From IMG/VR virus record IMGVR_UViG_3300047560_001038, positions 1-61,743 of that record: 61,743 nucleotides of DNA, one strand, 5' to 3'. The notes beneath the pieces were generated by a model. It was not told the origin of the DNA. It did no database searches and worked only from the letters and a program-made list of their open reading frames with translations. Positions 1-4,999 of this stretch are shown in pieces. Made by a program: the position numbers and the translations under genes. Within the stretch, counting starts at the first letter, position 1. Every line of letters begins with the position of its first letter. Source of the stretch: a virus. Its lineage: Duplodnaviria > Caudoviricetes.

Positions 1-89
1 TTGTCACAGTCGCACCAAGCGACATCGTTTTCACAAGCCATACAAACGTTTCCGTAGTATTCGTCTCGGAAGTCTTCATATTCAAACAT
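1..89 (-). CDS. Small Cys-rich hypothetical protein, truncated by the window edge (MFEYEDFRDEYYGNVCMACENDVAWCDCD...)
   Basis: Read manually; strong SD AGAAAGGA upstream of ATG at 89; CxxC and CxC motifs. Confidence 0.7.
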   Translation of the reverse strand, partial: MFEYEDFRDEYYGNVCMACENDVAWCDCD

Positions 90-116
90 TCTTTGTCCTT
101 TCTAGAAACCTGAGAT

Positions 117-171
117 TTATTTGCTCTGAGAGGCTCATACCCTTTGGGTCTTATTTGCTCTGAGAGGCTCA
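117..171 (-). repeat. 21-bp direct repeat x2 (TGAGCCTCTCAGAGCAAATAA on minus strand) in a 5' leader
   Basis: Identical copies at 117-137 and 151-171. Confidence 0.9.
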
Positions 172-206
172 CTCTCTTTGGTTTCTCTGTTTATCTTTAT
201 GTCTTC

Positions 207-228
207 ATTATAATCGAGACCACCGACA
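207..228 (-). promoter_or_regulatory. Promoter TGTCGG-N10-TATAAT (PafBC/RecA-NDp-like)
   Basis: Exact match to the TGTCGG-N10-TANNNT consensus, upstream of the leader and the ORF starting at 89. Confidence 0.7.
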
Positions 229-320
229 TATAACTAGCCAAAATGGGCTATTTTGCAACATTATTCAAAAATGTGCAAGAAATTTGCATTCTTAACGTAA
301 AGACGCAACAATCTTGCGTT

Positions 321-352
321 TTGCCCGAGCCTGTGGATAACTCTGTGGACAA
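321..352. promoter_or_regulatory. Tandem DnaA-box pair 1 (TTATCCACA and TTGTCCACA on minus strand) within a 27-bp repeat
   Basis: TGTGGATAA 332-340 and TGTGGACAA 344-352; TTGCCCGAGCCTGTGGATAACTCTGTG recurs at 853-879. Confidence 0.7.
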
Positions 353-404
353 CATTTGTTGCTGTTCACAACATTAGAGCACCCTTGTGGGGAGTGCCGA
401 TTGG

Positions 405-746
405 TTACGGCATCTCATTCACACGGAGAGGGTTACGGTCATAGTTACGAGGGCTAGACATTACCGAGAGGCAATTCACCTTGCCCTGTGCTTGGTTACG
501 AACACAAGAGGCACAAGAGTCACCGTCTACGATGATAGAACCCATACGGCTAGTGAGAGGGCTACCGTAGTAACGCTCACCATCAGTGTACATACGCTGT
601 ACATCAGTGTATCCACCAAGTGAACCATAGCCAGGACGACCGCCAGGGTGATTACGAGTTTCTGACTTGCCACAGTGTGAGCAAGTGATAACCATACTAC
701 GGAGGTTGATAATTCTTTGTACATTTTCATTCATTTTATTTCTCAT
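405..746 (-). CDS. Hypothetical Cys-rich (CxxC...CxxC) early protein; start may be 734
   Basis: ORF directly downstream of the promoter at 767-788; CSHC and CASC motifs. Confidence 0.65.
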   Translation of the reverse strand: MRNKMNENVQRIINLRSMVITCSHCGKSETRNHPGGRPGYGSLGGYTDVQRMYTDGERYYGSPLTSRMGSIIVDGDSCASCVRNQAQGKVNCLSVMSSPRNYDRNPLRVNEMP

Positions 747-766
747 TTCTTTTTCTTTATGTATTC

Positions 767-788
767 ATTGTAACATCGACCTACGACA
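767..788 (-). promoter_or_regulatory. Promoter TGTCGT-N10-TACAAT (PafBC-like)
   Basis: Same spacing as 207-228, and a similar downstream GAA(G/T)ACATAAAGA. Confidence 0.65.
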
Positions 789-852
789 TCAAACCCCTGT
801 TTTTCGGGAAAATGGAGGATTCTTGCGTAAAACGTAAAAAGACGCAAAAAAA

Positions 853-884
853 TTGCCCGAGCCTGTGGATAACTCTGTGTATAA
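853..884. promoter_or_regulatory. Tandem DnaA-box pair 2 (TTATCCACA and TTATACACA on minus strand)
   Basis: TGTGGATAA 864-872 and TGTGTATAA 876-884, followed by an almost pure A/T tract at 886-909. Confidence 0.7.
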
Positions 885-929
885 GTTTTTTATTTATTTT
901 ATTATTTATCGGCGTGTCGTGTTGTTAGA

Positions 930-951
930 TGTCAGGGGTAGCGTATAGAGT
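930..951 (+). promoter_or_regulatory. Promoter TGTCAG-N10-TAGAGT (PafBC-like)
   Basis: Same spacing; precedes SD and ATG at 985. Confidence 0.55.
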
Positions 952-984
952 ATAGACATACCAAGAGATAAGGAAACAAACAAA

Positions 985-1086
985 ATGGAAATCACAATCG
1001 TCATCATCGGAGCACTCACCGTCATCGCTGTCGGAGTAGCAATTGGAAGTCTCCTCAGCTGGTGGGTACACAAGGACATCTACTAA
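985..1086 (+). CDS. 33-aa single-TM membrane peptide (MEITIVIIGALTVIAVGVAIGSLLSWWVHKDIY)
   Basis: Read manually; SD AAGGA; hydrophobic helix. Confidence 0.7.
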   Translation: MEITIVIIGALTVIAVGVAIGSLLSWWVHKDIY

Positions 1087-1094
1087 CGGTTAGA

Positions 1095-1116
1095 TGTCTG
1101 ACCCCTACCCTATACT
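1095..1116 (+). promoter_or_regulatory. Promoter TGTCTG-N10-TATACT (PafBC-like)
   Basis: Same spacing; precedes SD AAAGGA and ATG at 1142. Confidence 0.6.
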
Positions 1117-1141
1117 GATAACAACAAACAAAGGACAAACA

Positions 1142-1303
1142 ATGGAACTCTACGCAGTAGGAATCGAATACGAAGGACTCTTCGCAGTATTCTCCACGGA
1201 GGAAAAGGCTAAGGCATATGTTGCTGAACAGGAAAAGCGTTGGGATATGGTAGGTTGCTCTGACTACTACATCGAAACAATCACGGTAGACGAAAACGAA
1301 TAA
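1142..1303 (+). CDS. 53-aa hypothetical phage protein (MELYAVG...VFSTEEKAKAY)
   Basis: SD AAAGGA; the ATG at 1094 lies inside the promoter, so 1142 is preferred. Confidence 0.75.
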   Translation: MELYAVGIEYEGLFAVFSTEEKAKAYVAEQEKRWDMVGCSDYYIETITVDENE

Positions 1304-1312
1304 GGACAAAGA

Positions 1313-1426
1313 ATGAACAACACACAACGACTCCGTTACTTGGAACTAATCACTATCGCTAAGAGTGATGTGATGACAGCAAGCGAGTTCGATGAACTGC
1401 TAGGCTTGGAAAAACTAAAGCGATAG
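1313..1426 (+). CDS. 37-aa hypothetical protein (MNNTQRLRYLELITIAK...)
   Basis: Read manually; SD TAAGGA. Confidence 0.65.
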   Translation: MNNTQRLRYLELITIAKSDVMTASEFDELLGLEKLKR

Positions 1427-1543
1427 GGGCAGTACCCCTAGCAGTGTGCTCACTATGTTTTGCGAAAATAGTACACACGATCATGCATCATTCACATTAA
1501 TAAAAAATTCAGATTTTCATCAAATTGAAAAATAAAAATTTTT

Positions 1544-1636
1544 TCAGAAATCGTACAAATGCCAACAGCCATCCCAGCATTCACAATCTAGGATTTTAGG
1601 TTTTTCGGGGGTATCTGGATCAGTCTTTGTAGTCAT
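1544..1636 (-). CDS. 30-aa Cys-rich peptide (MTTKTDPDTPEKPKILDCECWDGCWHLYDF)
   Basis: Read manually; overlaps the end of the upstream minus-strand ORF. Confidence 0.4.
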   Translation of the reverse strand: MTTKTDPDTPEKPKILDCECWDGCWHLYDF

Positions 1637-1742
1637 CAAACATATCCTGATCTAACTTAAATGCAATACCTATAGCCAATATGCCAATAGCGATAGCTGC
1701 TACAGGAGCACACAATATGATAAGAAGTGCGGTATTTGTCAA
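1620..1742 (-). CDS. 40-aa single-TM membrane peptide (TTG start)
   Basis: TTGA start/stop coupling with 1739-1918; hydrophobic segment ALLIILCAPVAAIAIGILAIGIAF. Confidence 0.55.
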   Translation of the reverse strand: MTNTALLIILCAPVAAIAIGILAIGIAFKLDQDMFDDYKD

Positions 1743-1918
1743 GGTAGATCACCAGGTTCTAACGAAGAACTCTTAATGATCCCATATTGTACAAGAAGGG
1801 CATTAATAACCTTTCTTGATGCTTTGAACTCACGAGCAATCTGTCGTGATGTCTTGCCAAGCTCAACAAACTGTGTTTGGAGCATATTCTGTGTGAGAAT
1901 TGTGTTGTAGTATGTCAT
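1739..1918 (-). CDS. 59-aa small HTH-like protein, leaderless
   Basis: TGCTATACT 6 nt upstream of ATG; GKTSRQIAREFKASRKVINALLVQYGI resembles 56096-56254. Confidence 0.7.
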   Translation of the reverse strand: MTYYNTILTQNMLQTQFVELGKTSRQIAREFKASRKVINALLVQYGIIKSSSLEPGDLP

Positions 1919-1981
1919 GTTTATAGTATAGCAAATTTTCGGAGGTAAATCAATCAGCTTCTGCTGATGGCGTAGCCGTAT

Positions 1982-2179
1982 TTACCATTTATGCTCAGGA
2001 CATCTAGCTCTCTCTAACTTAGTCTTCATACGCATAAAACACTTACATACGGTACATGTTTGAGAACTTTTGTGAAACAATGGACATTCCTGACATATCG
2101 CCAAACGCTCCTGTTGTAATTCTTTGGTACTACGCTTTTCATTTGGATTTAGTAGGTCCCAAGGTCGCACTTCGCTCAT
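1982..2179 (-). CDS. Small Zn-binding protein (DUF6171-like), leaderless
   Basis: RLAICQECP...TCTVCKCFMRMKTKL...CPEHKW pattern; TATAAT 6 nt upstream of ATG 2179. Confidence 0.75.
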   Translation of the reverse strand: MSEVRPWDLLNPNEKRSTKELQQERLAICQECPLFHKSSQTCTVCKCFMRMKTKLERARCPEHKW

Positions 2180-2281
2180 ATGTCTATTATACAACAATTA
2201 AGTTTTTCGCCGTACAACCCAGTGTTTTGCTATATTTTAAAAACCCAACATTTAAGATTTTCTACACATATTTCCCCATAT

Positions 2282-2322
2282 GGTGTTTGGTACAAAGCGG
2301 TGTTTGGGGATGGGGTGTTTGG
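2282..2322 (+). repeat. GGTGTTTGG x3 in non-coding DNA
   Basis: Copies at 2282, 2299 and 2314. Confidence 0.7.
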
Positions 2323-2430
2323 TTACTCCACGCCGCCGATTTTTCGCTTCGCTCAAATGACACTACATCTAGTTATTGTCGAAGAACTTTACATCAAGAT
2401 ATTGTAAAAGTAGTTTATAATTGAAACATC

Positions 2431-2700
2431 ATGGATTTTGCAACTTTACAAATGATCTTTGGAATCACAATTAGTATTGGTACTGTTATTACTCTTGTTG
2501 CGTCAGGTGTAAAGTGGTTAGTAAAACATTACTTTGATGATATTAAAAAAGAGCTTAAGCCCAATAGTGGTTCTTCACTAAAAGATCAAGTGACAAGACT
2601 TGAAAAGGAAATGGCTCAAGCAGAAGCACTTCGTAAAGAAATGAATACAAAAATAGATCACATGTATGAGATTCTACTTGATTTTGTATCCAAGAAGTAA
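2431..2700 (+). CDS. Holin-like membrane protein (N-terminal TM plus coiled coil)
   Basis: N-terminal TM helix; ELKPNSGSSLKDQVTRLE motif typical of actinophage lysis-cassette proteins; near the cell-wall hydrolase. Confidence 0.6.
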   Translation: MDFATLQMIFGITISIGTVITLVASGVKWLVKHYFDDIKKELKPNSGSSLKDQVTRLEKEMAQAEALRKEMNTKIDHMYEILLDFVSKK

Positions 2701-2713
2701 TATACTTGTCCTT

Positions 2714-2740
2714 AAGCCTTCGGCTTTGATTTGTTTCTTT
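2714..2740 (+). terminator. Probable intrinsic terminator
   Basis: AAGCC-TTC-GGCTT hairpin followed by a T-rich tail. Confidence 0.5.
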
Positions 2741-2803
2741 AGGGAGACTATCTTGTAGGTTGTTTTTCTTACTTCCTCTCCCCCCTACCCCCCAAGTTAT
2801 ATA

Positions 2804-2832
2804 AATATAACAAGAAAATGGAACCTTGTCAA
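2804..2832 (-). promoter_or_regulatory. Canonical sigma-A promoter TTGACA-N17-TATATT pointing towards the holin-like gene
   Basis: Perfect -35 and 17-bp spacer. Confidence 0.6.
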
Positions 2833-2840
2833 GTCCATTG

Positions 2841-2880
2841 TCGTAACTTTTCGTAAATATACGTAACATTTCGTAACAAT
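2841..2880 (+). repeat. Four 10-bp phased repeats ((T/A)CGTAA....)
   Basis: tcgtaacttt tcgtaaatat acgtaacatt tcgtaacaat. Confidence 0.8.
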
Positions 2881-2980
2881 TGGTATTTGCGTATTTCTTA
2901 AACTCTGATATACTGGTGTAACAACACCTTAACCTATAAGGTGTTTTTCTCTTTATAAAAGAGGAGGAGGTATCTGAAAT

Positions 2981-3676
2981 ATGAAAACAAATCCTAGAGT
3001 AGTAAAGAGCTTTTTAACAAGTTCTATAGTTTCATTTATATTGTTTGGCACTTCATTTTGTGGAGTGTCAAATGCAAATGCAGAGTCTGAAGACTTTAGC
3101 ATTTCTAGGTCAGTCTATAGTGAGGCTGAGGTACGAGAGGCCATCCAGTCTGCGAGGGATGAATACAACGCAGAATATAACAAAATATATAAGCAAGTAG
3201 TTCAAGACGAAATGAACAGAATTGCAGATCCAAACTCAACTCAATCAAAGTTTGTCAAATTTGCATTGCAGTTTGAAGGAACACCATATTGGTATGGGGG
3301 ATCAACTCCATCTGGTTTTGATTGTTCTGGATTTGTAGGATATGTCATTAAGCATGAACTAGGAATTGATGTTAGACACTCTGCTTCTTCACAGATGCAA
3401 TTAGGTGTTAAGGTATCAGATCCACTACCTGGCGATCTTATAGGCTGGGGATGGGGTAATTATTTTCACCACGTTGGTATTTACATTGGCGACGGTAAAG
3501 AAATAGATGCTCTGAATCCATACCGTGATCTATATGTTCGTGATGTAAAAACAATGACAGCATGGATGGGAAAACCAACCTATGTCAGAATAATTGAAAA
3601 GAACAGAAACTTCAATGCAGATAGAATTACAAAAAGAATCATGGATAATGGTTTTGCGTTTACATTTGCACAATAG
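2981..3676 (+). CDS. NlpC/P60 (C40) peptidoglycan endopeptidase with signal peptide
   Basis: GTPYWYGG...GFDCSG and HVGIYIG catalytic motifs; N-terminal signal peptide ending ANA; SD GAGGAGG. Confidence 0.9.
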   Translation: MKTNPRVVKSFLTSSIVSFILFGTSFCGVSNANAESEDFSISRSVYSEAEVREAIQSARDEYNAEYNKIYKQVVQDEMNRIADPNSTQSKFVKFALQFEGTPYWYGGSTPSGFDCSGFVGYVIKHELGIDVRHSASSQMQLGVKVSDPLPGDLIGWGWGNYFHHVGIYIGDGKEIDALNPYRDLYVRDVKTMTAWMGKPTYVRIIEKNRNFNADRITKRIMDNGFAFTFAQ

Positions 3677-3695
3677 TTTCTGATATAATATAAAG

Positions 3696-3752
3696 GACTG
3701 GTGCCTAGATATGTCTCTCATACCCACCGATCTAGGCATCAGTCTTTCTTTA
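3696..3752 (+). ncRNA. Candidate ~55-nt hairpin sRNA (may also serve as the terminator of the NlpC/P60 gene)
   Basis: TGATATAAT at 3681-3689; 15-bp stem with one G-U pair; 19-nt loop; U tract. Confidence 0.55.
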
Positions 3753-3775
3753 ATTAATCGGTGTTATAATTAAGT

Positions 3776-4144
3776 ATGCCATTATCAGAGTTTTTTGGAT
3801 CCGATCCTGCACGTATTGTTTGGAAAATTGTCCGTGGAGACACAGCAACAATTGCAGTAGATTTTCTTAATAACGATGAAACTGGCTTTGACTGCACAGG
3901 ATGGGATTATGCTTCAATTGCATATAATCTCAAGACAGATGAAGAATATGAGCTAGAGGTTTCTGCAGAAGGACACTCAGTTGCAATTACAGCACCAGCA
4001 GATATGACTGCAGAGTGGGGGAGCAACTATGGTCCTGTTGTGGCGGAACTTCTATTCGATCTTCAGGTTGACACAGGATCAGAAATCTGGACACCAGTTG
4101 TTGGAACTATTATTGTTTCTGGTGATGTCGGAGGTAGCCTGTAA
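3776..4144 (+). CDS. Virion structural protein, BppU N-terminal-like Ig fold
   Basis: IVRGDT...FDLQV...GTI pattern; paralog of 12114-12515; leaderless. Confidence 0.55.
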   Translation: MPLSEFFGSDPARIVWKIVRGDTATIAVDFLNNDETGFDCTGWDYASIAYNLKTDEEYELEVSAEGHSVAITAPADMTAEWGSNYGPVVAELLFDLQVDTGSEIWTPVVGTIIVSGDVGGSL

Positions 4145-4260
4145 TGGCTGTCGTAAAAGTATCTGATATGAATACAAGTCGTCCACCACTTGTCAGAGTA
4201 ACCATTGGAAAAACAGTCACTGACTTTAAGAAAACCAATCTATCAAAGATCTATAAATAG
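4144..4260 (+). CDS. 38-aa hypothetical protein (MAVVKVSD...)
   Basis: TAATG coupling to the upstream gene. Confidence 0.55.
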   Translation: MAVVKVSDMNTSRPPLVRVTIGKTVTDFKKTNLSKIYK

Positions 4261-4288
4261 ATTATGATATAATTTTATTGGTGACAAA

Positions 4289-4999
4289 ATGACAGAATCA
4301 ATAGGCGGAGCATACTCAGTAATCATACCATCGCTAGACGATGCTGCTGATATTCAGGTAGCCTTAAAGTACCTTCACTATGGTCAAGAAACTGCTTGGA
4401 CTACAAAGCCAGAAGGAAACACCAGTATTGCTGGATACCTTTATACAATTGAGCAAACACTAGACAACATTACTTCTGTTGGAACAATTACTTCTGGCAC
4501 TTGGAATGGTAGCGTAATTGCTGGTGCTTATGGTGGTACTGGAATTGCAAATACAGGAAAAACTATTACCCTTGGCGGAAACCTACAAACAGGTGCTGCA
4601 TTAAACATTGATACAACATCAGCAGAGAATGACGATGTTCTTGTTTATGATTCTGGAACGTCAACCTGGAAACCAGGTAAGAACAGATCAATCAACGATA
4701 TTCATGAGAATACTGATAACTATACCTTAGCACTTACAGATCAAAATGATCTTGTCAAAATGACAAAATCTGTTGCAGTTACACTTACAGTTCCAAAGAA
4801 CTCGTCTGTTGCATTCCCAATCAGAACAGAAATTAACATTGTACAATCTGGCGATGGTCAGGTGACTATTTCGCCAGTAGATGGAGACGTTACTATTCAC
4901 GGTACTCCAGGACTTAAGCTTCGTGATAAGTGGTCACTTGTTACCCTGATCAAAATTGACACTAACGAATGGATAGCGACAGGAGACCTTGCCTCCTAA
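4289..4999 (+). CDS. Fibre/adaptor protein
   Basis: ITSVGTITSGTWNG and YGGTG fibre motifs; C-terminal domain paralogous to the 14717 protein. Confidence 0.7.
   Translation: MTESIGGAYSVIIPSLDDAADIQVALKYLHYGQETAWTTKPEGNTSIAGYLYTIEQTLDNITSVGTITSGTWNGSVIAGAYGGTGIANTGKTITLGGNLQTGAALNIDTTSAENDDVLVYDSGTSTWKPGKNRSINDIHENTDNYTLALTDQNDLVKMTKSVAVTLTVPKNSSVAFPIRTEINIVQSGDGQVTISPVDGDVTIHGTPGLKLRDKWSLVTLIKIDTNEWIATGDLAS

Noticed and set aside
117-171. Mini-CRISPR array
   Set aside because: Only two 21-bp repeats with a 13-bp spacer; too short, and no cas operon
2056-2424. 122-aa and 75-aa plus-strand ORFs, and the 2555-2869 minus ORF
   Set aside because: No SD; they overlap better-supported genes, promoters or repeats
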